This document shows positions 26,781 to 39,829 of a stretch of 64,000 nucleotides of DNA, in pieces (the first letter of the stretch is position 1; each line of letters starts with the position of its first letter). The translations under genes were made by a program, and so were the position numbers. The stretch spans positions 223,076,001 to 223,140,000 of the forward strand of contig OZ024740.1 in assembly GCA_964016885.1 (NCBI GenBank), read 5' to 3'. This stretch comes from Eledone cirrhosa. Taxonomy: Eukaryota. The notes under the pieces were generated by a model. That model was not told the DNA's origin, did not search any database, and was given only the letters and a program-made list of their open reading frames with translations.

Positions 26781-28727
26781 TGATTACGCTGGATTAGAAG
26801 GTTGATAAAAAGATTCAATTTTAACTAAATGTGTTAAAATTTCAACACAAATATCCACTAAATAATTGTTATTGTCAGAATTATTTAAAAATAGATCCAA
26901 CACCAATATATTTAATGCTTAACATCCTGTATTAGATGATTCCACTTGCATCAGCAAGATTATCTGAACAGTATGAAATGGTAGCAATAATTATTCATTT
27001 AATGGAAGGGAGGAAGTGTTTAATGTAAGAGAGAAAATCCTAATTGCTTCTGTCATTCTGTTTTATTTTCATGTTGAAAAATATCCATGTGTCATTGAGT
27101 TTTATAAAACATTTTCCAGACTGTTCACTGATATTTTTCTTTACAAAATGGTTGCTGAACATTATATCAACATCGATGAATATTGATGATATAATCGTTG
27201 AATTAAGAGCTGATAAGATTATTTTGCTTTTGGAGATGTTTGTTACTAATGACATTTAATTTATTATTAACATTTTTCTTTCCTGTCGTCTTTGAGTGAA
27301 ACTATTTTTAAAACTATTATGTAATTAATTATAACCACACATACACAATATTTTTTTAATGTATAAATGACTACATCACATTAAAAAATCAAACAAAAAA
27401 CAAAGCCTTTTTGCTGTTTTGCAAATTTTCTAAACAGTCTGCTTCTAAGTAAAGATGTTATAAACATTTCAATAAACAAATCTTTTATAAGGTTGTATAA
27501 CCCCAGGTTAGCCTCAAACCAGCTTTAATTGAGCTGCTGTGGCTAATTTGTTTACTGTGGTCGTTTTCTTCAGGAATATATAATAAAGTGTAATTTAAGG
27601 TGGATTTTGCCTTCTATTTTGATCAACAGTATAAACAGTATAAACGCAGGTAGACTGGCTTTTTTGCAGTACTTATTCCGGCACTTCCACTCTAAATTCA
27701 AATCATACCAAGATCAACTTTGCTTTTCCTCATTTCAGGGTCGATAAATGACATAGCATTTCAGAGTAGTGGTTTGGTATAATTGTTAGAGTGCTATATG
27801 AGATGCTTTGTAGTATTTATTCTGGCTCTTTGCAATATGAGTACAAATCCTTCTGTGACATACTTGGCAGTTTACAATGTACAGTTTAACACCACTACCT
27901 GGCTATTGGGTGCCTTCAACCCAATTCACTCTCTTACATGTATTCAGTTACGTTTATCCTTCCCTCACTCCCACCAGTCTCAGAGGCTCTGAAGAAGGTT
28001 ATGTGAACGATTCAACCCTTACTGATTAAACAATAAAACCCCAAAACATTAAAATTTTCTTTTAACCATTCTTAAACGACCATTAAAGAATATATAAAAT
28101 ATTACAAAGTTTATAGTTGTCATATTAATAGATAAAAAATACAAAGAGAATACATTATTATGAAATGAGACATTAACATATGAAATAAACCTGAGTGATA
28201 CTTGTTATGAAATTTAAACATTAATATATTAAAAGAATAAGCTTGTTCTAAGATTTAAACATTAATATAGTAAGTAAATAATGTCAATATTTCTTTTATT
28301 TAAAACAAATAGGTGTGCCTATTCTAAGATTTAAGTGTTAATATACAATGGAAACAATGTTGATACTTATTCTAAAATATAAGATTGTATGTAAGTGCAA
28401 AGGCATGGAAATATAATTTGGTGCCCACTGGAAGTGAGAGATCCCTGGTCCTTGTTCTGACACCATTCTAGGAGAAAGAAAACTCTGATGTAAATCCTGT
28501 GACTTGATTGCAGACTATAATGTTGCCTTGTTCTTTTTCAGAGAGTGGGATCAGTCCATTGCAAAGTTTTTTTTTCTTCACTTAAAAATCCTTGAAGCAC
28601 TGACTGTAAAGTCTGTGACAAGACTAAAAAGTTATGTTTGCAAAACCCATGTATGAGAAAGGGATCAAATGATGGCAATTCTTGAAACGTATGTGTATAT
28701 ATATATATAACAAAATGTGTATATATA

Positions 28728-28806
28728 TAACAAAATAAGATGCTGAGGTTATATAGATCATTTAATCATTATATGATCTATGTAACCTCAGCATCTTATT
28801 GTGTTA
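28728..28806. repeat. ~80-bp palindrome beside (TA)n
   Basis: TAACAAAATAAGATGCTGAGGTTATATAGATCAT / ATGATCTATGTAACCTCAGCATCTTATTGTGTTA with an 11-nt loop. Confidence 0.85.
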
Positions 28807-29134
28807 TTTTTATAAAAATTCTCCATCGTAACTAATTACTACGATTGTTGAGAGCTTTCTCCTGCTTGCTCCTGTTTTTAATAGCTCTCATTCTTTTCTA
28901 ACCTGTTCTGATAATCTTTTCCTGCCAGATTAATGATGACAGACCACCAGTTAACTCTGTCGGTGAAAAGGCATGCTGTAATTGTTGCCTTACATGCAGA
29001 TCATAGAGATTTAGTGATTGCACATTTCCTGAAAGTTGCAGTAGTCAAATTTAAAATGGCAATACTATCAGAACACCCAAATTCATAGAAGAGATGTAGA
29101 AAATTATCAATAATAACACCAGAAAGTCAATTAG

Positions 29135-29915
29135 CCAAAACTAAAGTGTTAGTAAGTAGGAAAGAAGATAGGATCCAAATTCTCTCAGGGAAGTGGCCCT
29201 GCTCAATATGAAGAAAAGGAGTAGGCATAAAGTGCACAATGTAAATCTTGGATACAGAAAAGCTGCAGTGGGATTATGAGTAGACTAACAGGAAAGGAGA
29301 ACTTTGCATGTAGAAGATGCTTAGGAGTAATTGAGAGGAAAAATGCCAATGATATAAAAGTTTTCTAGTTTCAGAAAGGATACATAGACGTGGTTGTTAG
29401 CTTTTGCTATCTAGGTGACCTAGCAGCAAAGGAGGGTGTGCTGAGAGTATAATAGCTAGAATAACGATAGAATGGAAGAAGTTTAGAGAACTACTCCTAC
29501 TGTTGACAACAAAAGGATTCTCCCTACATACAAAAGGAAGGTTGTATGACGCCTGTATGTGGTGCACAATGCTGCATGGTAGTGAAATATGGGCTGTGAC
29601 TGCAGAGAACATGCAAGCCTGGAGAGAAATGAAGCAACCATGCTTCATTAGAGGTGCAATATAATTGTGAGAGAAAGGTAGAGCTTGGGCGAGCTGTGGG
29701 AGAAGCTGGGTTTAAGAGGAATCCGAGGCAGTGGGAGAAGGGAAGACTGCATAGGTATGGACATGGGATGGGCAAGAACAATGACCACTGGATGTAGAAA
29801 TGCCAGGAAATCCTAGTGGAAGGAAGCTGCAGTAGTGGAAGACAAATAAAGACAAATCACTAAAACTAGCTGAGGAGATGATGCAGGAATCCGATGAGTG
29901 GATGATGATGATGAT
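29135..29915 (+). mobile_element. Decayed RTE LINE 3' fragment
   Basis: LAKTKVL, SGKWPCS, WKKFRELL, MLHGSE.W recognisable through stops. Confidence 0.8.
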
Positions 29916-30566
29916 ATATATATAAACAAATATACAATCAATATATGTAGCTAAGTGATTGGACTTTGAAGTGTTGGAAATAGTTTAAATGCCTGGGTTG
30001 TTTGGTATTCGATTCCTCATGGGGGCTGATGGCATCTTCTTTTTATGTCTTTTGAGGGTACCCTCCCCCCGCCCCCCGTTTTATAAGTTATTTTGTTGCA
30101 TCTCTGAACATAAGCACATCAGCCTATACATTTATTTATTTATATATATGTGTGTGTAATGTGCGCTGGTAATATGGTAAAATGCACCGAGATGTAAAAC
30201 AGTTGTCATTAGGAAGGACATCCAGCAGCAGCAGAAATCATGCAAGAACTGGAAGGCATGCAAGCAAGAAGTAGCTCCTCGCAAGATTGTTCATATGTTC
30301 CATATTTGGCATGGTTTCTATGGATGACATGTGACAAAATGTGTACTTTTTTTTCAATATACTTTTTTTTCTTTCACTAAATGTCCCCCCACCCCTTTTT
30401 TTTTTGCATCTACCTTCTATTTCATTTAAGTGTTAAGCTTATATATCATGAATATGTGTTGTTGTCTGCTACTGATGTTTTCTCATGTTCTTTTACTCTA
30501 TACAGACACACAAACACACACACAAATATAAATTGTGTAGAGTTAGTTATATTGGTAGAGTTAGTT

Positions 30567-30760
30567 ATATTTGAAAAAAAGAAAAGAATCACTTTGCTTG
30601 TGGTTGGTATTCTATAATAATTTAATTTCATATATTCTTTTCGATTTTACAACTTTGCTATATACATCTACACACAAAAAATTGTAAAATTATAAAGTTA
30701 AATAATTATAGAATACCAACTACAAGTGAAGTCATTATTTTCCTTTAAAAAAGAAAATAT
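30567..30760. repeat. ~190-bp fold-back made of the terminus of the element at 41562-43410
   Basis: Imperfect inverted arms; AACTACAAGTGAAGTCATT.TTTTCCTTT matches 43372-43405. Confidence 0.7.
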
Positions 30761-30777
30761 ATATATATACATATATA

Positions 30778-31937
30778 TCATCATCATCATCATTTTACGT
30801 CCGCCTTTCCCTGCTTGCAAGGGTGGGACAGGTCCTATTCAGCATCTCTCTACTTGTCGCGGTCCTTCGTCATCTCCTCTGTGAGTTTCAGCGATCTGAG
30901 GTCTGCTCTCACCACCCCCACCCATGTTTTTCATGGTCTACCTCAACTGCGTCTTCCTTCTACTGGGATTTCTTGGTACTTCTTTACTCAGCGGTCATCC
31001 TCCATGCGCATCACATGTCCATACCATCTCAGCCTTCTCTCCTGCACGCCACAACTTATCTCTCTTATACCCAGTTTCTTTCTCAACTCGTCTATGCTTG
31101 GTTGTTCACGCACATTGACATTGCACATCCAACGGAGCATACTTGATTCCTTTCTCTCCAACCATCGCATATCTTCTGCAGTTGCTGCCCATGTCTCACT
31201 ACCATGCAGCATCACGCATCTCACACACGCATCATATAACCGTCCTTTCATACGCAGGCACAAACCCTTCTTTGTCAACAGAGAAAGCAGCTCCCTAAAC
31301 CTCTTCCAACTAGTCCTTATTCCCTGATACTATGGCCTCAGAACAGCCCCCTCCCATGCTAATCTGATCACCTAGGTACCGGAAGCTATCAACCACTTCT
31401 ATAGAACCCACCTGCATTGGAAAAATGTGTATATCACTGCGATTACTACTGTCAACTTTCCATTTACATCTACTGCATACGTAGTTTTCCCTACTTGATA
31501 GTTTGCCTGCTATCCCACTACATCTCTTGTGTTCCCAAGATCTGCATTGCATACATTTTATGGAATTTATGCCAGCTCCTGTCCTACATATCGAACTTGG
31601 TCATTTGCCTGATGGAATCAGAGTATTGTCCTCTCTCTCTTCTACTTATCAACACTTTTGTTTTAGCTATGTTCACTCTCGGGCCTCTTGATTCCAACTG
31701 TTCTTTCCATGGCCAGAATTTATTCTCTAACTCCTCCACTGATTCTGTTATAAGAACCAGATCATCAACATAGAGAAGTTCCCATGGGCATCCAGTCTTA
31801 ACCTCCTCTGTTATGGCTTGGAGGACTATAATGAACAAGAGCGGGCTGAGGACTGAACCCTGATGTACACCTACTTGTATCTGGAATTCCTCACTAATCT
31901 CCATTCCTATTCTCACTTTACTGGCAGTACCCCTGTA
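30778..31937 (-). mobile_element. RTE LINE family A, 5'-truncated
   Basis: ORFs 31584-31985 (GVHQGSVLSPLLF..YVDD), 31310-31552, 30988-31278; (CAT)n tail next to (TA)n. Confidence 0.93.
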
Positions 31938-32214
31938 TTTATATATAGGTGGTGAATTGGTCGTTAGAATGTCAGAGGACAACATTGTCTTTCATCCATT
32001 CAAGGCCAATAAAGAAAAGTACCAGTAAAGTACTGGGCTCAATTCTTCCTGTATATTTTTTTCTCAATTCCTTTCACTCACTCTCTCTATCCTTCAATGG
32101 AATAAATCTACTGTATTGAGGCCTGGAGAGGAGATGGGCTCTGCTAGATTTAAACAATGCCCTAAAACTCCTTTAATCTATATTAATAATAAATATTTCC
32201 TCTATGGGTATTTC

Positions 32215-32552
32215 ATTTCATCATTTCATTTTACGTCCACTTTTCCCTGCTTGCAAGGGTGGGACAGGAACTGATTCTGGCTTGATTTTTACAGCTGGAT
32301 TACCTTCCTAACACCAACCTCATTTACAGTGAGTGCTGGGTGCTTTTTTGCTGCGGCACCTCCACTACAACTTTGTAGTGGAATGATAGGGACCCCGGTC
32401 CCTATTATCTCATTTCTACAGCTGAGTAAACTGGAGCAATGTGAATTAAAGTGTCTTGCACAAGGAAACAACACATCACCTGGTCTGAGAATAGAACTCA
32501 CAACCTTTCGATTGTAAGGCCAATGCTCTAACCACTAAGCCATGTGCCTCCA
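32215..32552 (-). mobile_element. SINE family 2 (tRNA head + CORE-like domain + RTE-derived tail)
   Basis: Reverse complement of 47048-47398; (CATTT)n tail. Confidence 0.9.
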
Positions 32553-32957
32553 TTTATATAGATATACAATCTTTATTGAGTCCACTTCGGATTTTGGTCT
32601 TTGTATCTATTATAGCTGTGTTTATATATATATAAGAACTAACATATGTTTAATGATTATATAATGGCATATGTATTTGTAGGATGTGTAACTGGATTAG
32701 CTTCATGGTGATGATATAATATACCAATTAAACTAAACATGAAATTCTCTGTAAAAAAAACGGAAAGCACACTGAAATATAGAAAGTAGCTGATAGAATA
32801 TTTAGAAATGGGTGTTTAATATTTATTTTTACATCAACGTATCTCATATTTTTATTTTGGGGAAAAATCTAGAAAAAGTTAAATTACTCATAAACATAAT
32901 ATTGGCAACTTACTCTATAGATCATCATCAATATTATTATCATTATTATATATAAGT

Positions 32958-33180
32958 GTGGTGGATTGGAGTATTGGTAGAGTGTTGGATAACATATTTT
33001 GTGACATATAAGTTAAAGCTCTTTATATTCCGTGTTAAAATCCTGCCAAATTTAGCTTTGCCTTTCATCCTTTCGGAGTCAATAAAATAAAGTAACAGTC
33101 ATGCACGGGGGTCAATTTAATCGAATTTTCTCCTTCCCCCAAATTGCTGGCCTTGTGCCTAAATCAGAAACCATTATTAT
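32958..33180 (+). mobile_element. SINE family 1, diverged full-length copy with (TTA)n tail
   Basis: GGTGGATTGGAG..TTTGCCTTTCATCCTTTCGGAGTC..GCCTAAATCAGAAACCATTATTAT. Confidence 0.8.
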
Positions 33181-33689
33181 TGTTATTACTATTATTATTG
33201 TTATTGCTATTTTCTTGAAGAGATGAGTCTTATCTGTCTCTTGGAGTAACTGGTATTGATCATCTGAAATTATTTTGGCCAGTAAACATACAAAAAGCAA
33301 AAACAATCACAGGCACAAGAAACTCAATAGATATATTTCAAGCTGAAAACCCTTTGCTGAGATTGGCAGAGCAACTCTAGCAACAAACATCTGATGCCCA
33401 GATCACCAATGGCACATCCAAATTAAGCCTAATAAATCTTCATTATCCACCTCTCTTGAATTACTATTCATGAATATGGTAGAACAAATAAGTAGGTAGA
33501 TTAACGATGCAATGAACACCTGGAAAACATTTGATAGCTACATTGATCAGTTTGAGTGATAACCTTATAAAACTATCAAGAGAATTCTACGATTGACAGT
33601 TTAGAAGCTTCCTTGGTAGTTAATAAAGCTTATGCATAAAGAGGGCAGCTTCACTATTGAAGGACATTTAGCTGATATAGGTTACATAT

Positions 33690-34212
33690 ACAGAATCTTG
33701 GACAGCTGATCAATGAGGAATACAGTCATATAGAGGTATTAAATAGACAAATCCAAGCTGGATCATGTGTATTCAGAAAACTGAATGATATCATGAAAAA
33801 GTACGATGTTATTAGTCTTGAGTTGCAGAGTGTTTGAACTATGTATAGTAATAATTACATACACAACAGAGATATGATTGATGACTAAGAACATGGAACA
33901 GAAGCTTAAAACAGCACAAACAAATATGGAAATATGCATGCTATGAATCACTAAAAAGGAAAGAAAAATGTGTCAATGTATAAGAGAGCAAACAAAAGGA
34001 GAAGACATCATAAAACATATTAGGAAAAGAAAATGAAAGTGAGAAGGACATGTGACATGGACAAATGACAACAAATGGACAAAACTATGTTTGGAATAGA
34101 GATTGAGGGCTTGTGGGATGAGGTAGAAGGAGGTGGTCGGGAATCTTATTGGCATTACATAGATGAGAGCAGGACAATATATGAACAATTGGTACTGGCT
34201 GATGATGATGAT
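33690..34212 (+). mobile_element. Old RTE (BovB-like) C-terminal remnant
   Basis: IREQTKGEDIIK..KRK.K.EGHV..KWTK; (GAT)n tail. Confidence 0.55.
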
Positions 34213-34319
34213 ATAGAAGCTGGCTTGCATATTTTTGGATGCAATATTTAATTAAAATTTCTAACACAAATCTTGAATAAACAATACAGATAATGCTTAG
34301 TGATATATATATGTAAGTC

Positions 34320-34522
34320 CAATTATTGCTAGTAGGGAAAGCAGTCGTTAAACTATGTTGATGATTATACACACACACATATATATATATAAACACCTAT
34401 CCTTCTTAGCTGGGAAAGCAGTCGTTAAACTATGATGATGATGATACTTATATATATATGTATATATATAAACTTATACCCTTGTTAGCAGGGAAAGCAG
34501 TCATTATACTACGATGATGATA
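34320..34522 (+). repeat. Three stacked ~50-bp RTE 3' termini separated by (TA)n/(CA)n
   Basis: GGGAAAGCAGTC(G/A)TTA(A/T)ACTA..GATGAT three times. Confidence 0.75.
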
Positions 34523-35361
34523 TATATTTGATATATATATATATATTCCATAGATGTTTCCTACTATCATATGATAAGCCATTAATATTTCATGATATTT
34601 ATCTGACAGGTTGACAAGCATATGATATATTTAGAACCTGTTGTCAGTGAATGATACCAATGTATGCGATCAGGCAACAGTGTATATGTTATTTTCTACT
34701 TTGTATTTTCAAGATACGGAAATTACTCTATATTGTTATTTGCAATTAGCAAGTTAGTGGAATTACTCCTGTCAGCTTCAAATTGAATTATATATCTTTT
34801 AATTTTCCTTCTGTCAAATCATTGATTTAAATAGTAAAGTGTTTAACTTTATCAATCCAATTACACTTTGATCAGCTCTTCTAATTCAATCACATATTGA
34901 ATTCAATTCAATCACTATTTGGGAGGAAAGTAGAAAACGTCCTACACAGCATGAAATAGTTTTACTTCATACACATATACATTAGTATAACCTTGTGCAT
35001 GTGGGGTCAAAATCAAAGCCTAACACATCCTCACATATATATATTATTAAAATGACATTGTGTATGTGTACACATGTGTGGTCAAACTCAAAGCCATACC
35101 CCCCCACACAGACACATACATACACATGTATATTACTAAAACAATATTTCGTATGTGTGTACATGTGTGTGTGCAAGATACTTTCACCTAGACCTTCAAA
35201 AACAATTTAGATGGAATTAAATCCTTAAATCCTTGGCAAAGAAGTAGGTGTATGCTGCAATGTGTTTCATAGAAATCAAATTATATACTCTAATATGCTA
35301 CCATTATATCATTCATTTCACGTAAAATGTTCCTTTCCTTTTGTTTTCTCTTTGGAAACAG

Positions 35362-35453
35362 GGTAGCATTGTTTCTGTTTCTCTGGTAGAATACAAATTA
35401 TTTAATGTTCAATGTAAAGCACAAAGTGAAAGTTCAAATCCAGTTGCTATATT
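35362..35453 (+). CDS. Candidate host exon (GSIVSVSLVEYKLFNVQCKAQSESSNPVAI), unknown gene
   Basis: Long pyrimidine tract + CAG acceptor, open frame, GTATGT donor (which lies in a TATG repeat); phase matches 38738. Confidence 0.2.
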
Positions 35454-35816
35454 GTATGTATGTATGTATGTATGTATGTTAGTCAATAATTTTAAATTCT
35501 GGTTTTATTATCATTCCATTTACCCTTGAGTTGAATGAATTATCACAGCTTAAATTGGTTCTTATTTGGAGCTAACAACCCTCTTAGATCTCACAGATGA
35601 TGTTATCTCAAACAAAAGTTTGTTTTGGCATGTTTTCTGTGGTCGGATTCCTGTCTTAACACCAACTGCTTTACACGGTATACTAAGTGCATTTTATAAT
35701 GGCTCTAATACTAGATAGGTTGTTGTGTCCTAACCATGACTGAGGGATCCTTTCACTCCTATGCTGTCATATATCTTATCAGTAGAGCTCATGGACATTT
35801 ATACATACATTATTAA

Positions 35817-35997
35817 TTGGCAGTATCGGTAGATGGTCGGACGCCATGCTTTCCAGCATAGTTACGTCCCTTTACGATCTGAGTTCAAATCCCGCCGAAG
35901 TTGACTTTGCCTTTCATCCTTACGGGGTCGATCAAATAAAGTACCAGTAATGCACTGGGTAATTGCTGGCCTTGTGCCTAAAGTAGAAACAATTATT
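35817..35997 (+). mobile_element. SINE family 1, young copy
   Basis: Nearly identical to the units of the 6786-7418 trimer. Confidence 0.92.
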
Positions 35998-36647
35998 AGT
36001 TAATTTAATTTAAGGCTCTTCAAAGTTGTGCATAAACTATAAGAATGTGAGAAAAACTTAAATTGAGAACATACTCTGAATACTTTTACATGCCATTACT
36101 AAGTATATAACTGAGCAAATGGGGGTAAATCTACATGATCACTAAACCTGTTAGAAATAGCAGCTAAAACTCCCACAAATCTCTCAAATAATTAATGACT
36201 GAGCATACCTATAGGACTGATCATATAACTAGAAAATACCTACACATGTAACCTGCAGTTATAAGCAGTTGTATATTGGTATGATAGGTACCTGTTTTAT
36301 ATTTGAATATGCATGAATAATATTCTTTTTTATTATAAAGTTTTTATTTTATTTGTCTACCCTTCTATATATAACTATTTGTAACATATATCAATCAATC
36401 AGATTCATGCAACTGATACAGCCAGTTGTTGGCAGGAGGGGAGAGCACTCTAGACGCTTTTGTAGTCAGCAGATGTCATTGGTCTCTATTCTCTGTGCTG
36501 TGACCAGTTCAGTCTTTGATGTTGTTAGAACAGGATTTTTTTTGGCCTGCCTCTCCTTCACCCTCCTGCAACAGTGTTCTGAAGGATGGTTTTACACAAG
36601 GAATTTTGGTGGGGTAGATGAACATACCAAACAAGCTTCTACTCTAT

Positions 36648-36878
36648 GTAGGATGACCGATGGGTGAAGAAGTGCAAGGAAGTCCCAGTGGAGGGAAGAT
36701 GCAGTAGAGATAGACCACGAAAAACATGGGCGGTGGTGGTGAGAGCAGACCTCAGATCGCTGAAACTCACAAAGGAGATGACGAAGGACCATGACAAGTG
36801 GAGAGATGGTGTGCTGAATAGGACCCGTCCAACCCTTGCAAGGAGGGAAAAGCAGACGTAAAATGATGATAATGATGA
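36648..36878 (+). mobile_element. RTE family A 3' end
   Basis: DRWVKKCKEVPVEGR..RPRKTW; CCCTTGCAAGGAGGG..ACGTAAAATGATGAT. Confidence 0.9.
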
Positions 36879-36887
36879 TATATACTG

Positions 36888-36942
<55 letters not shown>

Positions 36943-36970
36943 GTGGTAACACAACAGTTAGTTCACCATA

Positions 36971-37010
36971 CCGAGAACAATTGTTTCACCTTAGCGGATC
37001 ATCAGCTCGG
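36971..37010 (-). ncRNA. Minimal type I hammerhead ribozyme motif (left pLTR)
   Basis: CCGAG-CTGATGA-TCC-GCTAA-GGT-GAAA-CAATTG-TT-CTCGG; palindromic ACAATTGT helix III, GUU triplet. Confidence 0.8.
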
Positions 37011-37172
37011 AATGGGCATGGTTATAGGAACAGGAAGGACAACCTTACGTACGCGCATGCGCAGAAACCCAGTAACTTCACACAGGCAATACTAGACTGC
37101 GTGCGAGAGATGTAAGCGAGATAACTGCGAAAGTCCGAAAAGTTCTTAGGTTGAAAATAAAATTACAAAAAA

Positions 37173-37714
37173 TCAGTCCGGAGCCTTGTAGTTATGCAAT
37201 AGGTGTTTGCCGACGTGTAGACAACGTGTGAAAAATTCATTTCTCGTGTTTAGGCAATCACTATTACGTAATCTCTTTAGAATAGTTATTCGTTCGTCAA
37301 TACATAAGCCACACGTCGTATTTTCCCTTGCGTATGGCTTGGACTTAGTGATGGCTTTCCATTGAATGGAGTAGTGTATACTTGAGTCCTTGAGGGACCA
37401 TACGTGGCTCACGAGTTTCGTGGATGAACGTCTGTCCGGGTACCTGAAGGTAGACGGGTGGTTCAGGAAACGTTCCTTAAATCGGCCCTCCGCCATGCCC
37501 ACATAGGATTTGACCTTCTGTGGTTCGTTTGGTCGGTTGGAAGTGACCACAGCTTCAGAAATTACAGCTGGTGTGTTGCATTGCTTTTGAAGGGGGCAAG
37601 CTTCAGGCTTACGGCACGAGCACCCTGGTGGGGTGTTGCTCCTAGGGCTGCTGGTGATGTTGGCCTTCATGTTCTTAGCGCATGAGTATCCTAGTTTATC
37701 TTTGTGTAGGTTAA
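37173..37714 (-). pseudogene. Penelope-like linker + GIY-YIG endonuclease C-terminus (left arm)
   Basis: KLGYSCAKNMK..CSCRKPEACPL..C..VISEAVV..SYVGMAEGRFKERFLNH..STKL..VWSLK..CGLCIDE..LNTRNEF..RCLH; the N-terminal part of ORF 37173-37907 is just antisense of the right arm. Confidence 0.85.
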
Positions 37715-38162
37715 CCACCAGGGTGCTCTTGCCGTAAGCCCCCTTCAACAGCAATGTAACACACCAGCTGTAATTTATGAAGCTGTGGTTACTTCCAACC
37801 GACCAAACGAACCACAGGATGTCAAATCCCATGTGGGCATGGCGGAGGGCCGATTTAAGGAACGTTTCTTGAACCACCAGTCTACCTTCAGGTACCCGGA
37901 CAGACATTCATCCACGAAACTCGCGAGCCACGTATGGTCCCTCAAGGACTCAAGTATAGACTACTCCATTCAATGGAAAGCCATCACTAAGTCCAAGCCA
38001 TACGCAAGGGGAAATCCGACGTGTGGCTTATGTATTGACGAACGAATAACTATTCTAAAGAGATTACGCAATAGTGATTGCCTAAACACGAGAATTGAAT
38101 TTTTCACACGTTGTCCACACATCGCCAAACACCTATTGCATAACTACAAGGCTCCGGACTGA
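37715..38162 (+). pseudogene. Penelope-like GIY-YIG endonuclease C-terminus (right arm)
   Basis: VIYEAVV..SHVGMAEGRFKERFLNHQSTF..CGLCIDE..RCPH; 11-bp deletion near 37740 relative to the left arm. Confidence 0.85.
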
Positions 38163-38311
38163 TTCTTTGTAATTTTATTTTCAACCTAAGAACTTTTCGG
38201 ACTTTCGCAGTTATCTCCCTTACACTTCTCGCACGCAGTCTAGTATTACCTGCGTGAATTGACCGGGTTTCTGCGCATGCGCGTTCTTACGGTTGTTCTT
38301 CCTGTTCCATT

Positions 38312-38351
38312 CCGAGCTGAGGATCCGCTAAGGTGAAACAATTGTTCTCGG
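38312..38351 (+). ncRNA. Minimal type I hammerhead ribozyme motif (right pLTR)
   Basis: CCGAG-CTGAGGA-TCC-GCTAA-GGT-GAAA-CAATTG-TT-CTCGG; helix I extends to CCATTCCGAG/CTCGGTATGG. Confidence 0.8.
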
Positions 38352-38484
38352 TATGGTGAACTAACTGTTGTGTAACCACTTCTACCTAACTCGTCCCATG
38401 GACTGAGTGCTCTACCACTACGGATATTACTTCCAGTGTTCCACCACTATATATATATATATATATCAGTAGAGAGAGAGATTT

Positions 38485-38515
<31 letters not shown>

Positions 38516-38737
38516 CATACATACTTACATATATGCATATATGTTAAAAGTTGATGATGATAATACATGTATATATATATATATGTACATTATCATCATC
38601 ACTTAACATCAGCTTTCCCTGATATATACTTTACAACTTCTCTAAGCAAGTTAGCTAGTTTGTAATGTTTTACGTAGAGATAGCTGAACAATAATTAATA
38701 TTGACTACTTTTGCAGTCGGTGCATATTTTATTTCAG

Positions 38738-38769
38738 TCATACTGATGACCTCAAAATAACCCCTGAAG
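38738..38769 (+). CDS. Candidate 32-nt host micro-exon (HTDDLKITPE), unknown gene
   Basis: TTTTATTTCAG acceptor and AG|GTGAGT donor, both near consensus; non-repetitive context. Confidence 0.35.
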
Positions 38770-39459
38770 GTGAGTGCAAATCAATTTAGCACATTGCCAC
38801 TAATGAACAATCTGACGTAGAAATTAAGAGAAGGATAAAAAAATAAAAAAATCAAGCAAGCAACAAAAATATATTGCTATAATAGTATCTATGAATTAAG
38901 TGTTTAATAAAATAACAAAAATGTTTAGCCTACTCAAATTTCTCACGTAGACAGGCCATTTACCTCATTACGAAAGAGCATCATGTTGATGAGTTGTTTT
39001 CCTGTTGATCAATCGCTTTAACCACAATGATCGATATTTTCTCTCATATTTCTATAGCTACCAAATCACTTTGCATATATATATGTATGTAAAAGGTGAA
39101 AGGAATGCCTGTGCTTATGTGTCTCTAGGGTGAGAGTGATATGCTATATAACTTACATATCAATGTATTGCATAATGACTTAATAAATACTGTGGTATTA
39201 GATCGAATTTGTGCGTTAGATTTTGAATTGTATTCTTATTGATTTTGAATCAGAAAATGTGTGTGAGATAAAAACGCATGGGACAGTCTGAGTAGGGTCA
39301 CATTCCAAATGCTAAAACCACAAACAGAATAAATGGGAAAAAAGCAACAAAATATCCGTAGTAGAATAGTTTGTATAGGTTTGATTTTACAAACAGAAAA
39401 ACTGAGCTTATTATATAAAGCTTTTGCATGGAGTTTTAGAACATTGATTCAGTTAAGTT

Positions 39460-39815
39460 ATTTCACATCTAATAATTGTTTCTACTTTTGGCACAAGGCC
39501 AGCAATTACCCAGTGTATTACTGGTACTTTATTTTATCGACCCCGTAAGGATGAACGGCAAAATTAACCTCGGCGGGATTTGAACGGGATTTCACATCTA
39601 ATAATGGTTGCTGATATAGGCACAAGGTCAACAATGTTGTGGGGGGCGGGGAAGTCGATGAAATTGACTTCAATTCCTTATTTCTACTTTATTTTATCAA
39701 CCACGAAAGGGTGAAAGGCAAAGCTAACAGCAGTAGGAATTTAACTCAGACTGTAAAGGGCTGTAAATCAATGTCACAAATTATGCTGTCCGATGCTCTA
39801 CCGATCCTGCCATTT
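39460..39815 (-). mobile_element. Two adjacent SINE family 1 copies; the younger, truncated copy has a 17-bp TSD
   Basis: ATTTCACATCTAATAAT at 39460-39476 and 39589-39605 flanks the truncated copy; an older copy follows. Confidence 0.85.
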
Positions 39816-39829
39816 TTACAATAAACAGT

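Larger units (their letters stand above)
36939..38445. mobile_element. Penelope-like element (Nematis-like GIY-YIG) in inverted, tail-out configuration
   Basis: Arms 36939-37631 and 37715-38383 are reverse complements around an 83-bp spacer; ~60-bp extension on the right arm only; (TA)n/(GA)n flanks; each arm has a GIY-YIG C-terminus and a hammerhead motif. Confidence 0.92.

Noticed and set aside
27980-28020. CTGAAGA/CTGATGA hits as further hammerheads (also ~14351, ~38743)
   Set aside because: No properly placed GAAA or no pairing helices
37715-37907. N-terminal part of the 244-aa ORF 37173-37907 as a novel fusion protein
   Set aside because: Produced by reading antisense through the opposite arm of the palindrome
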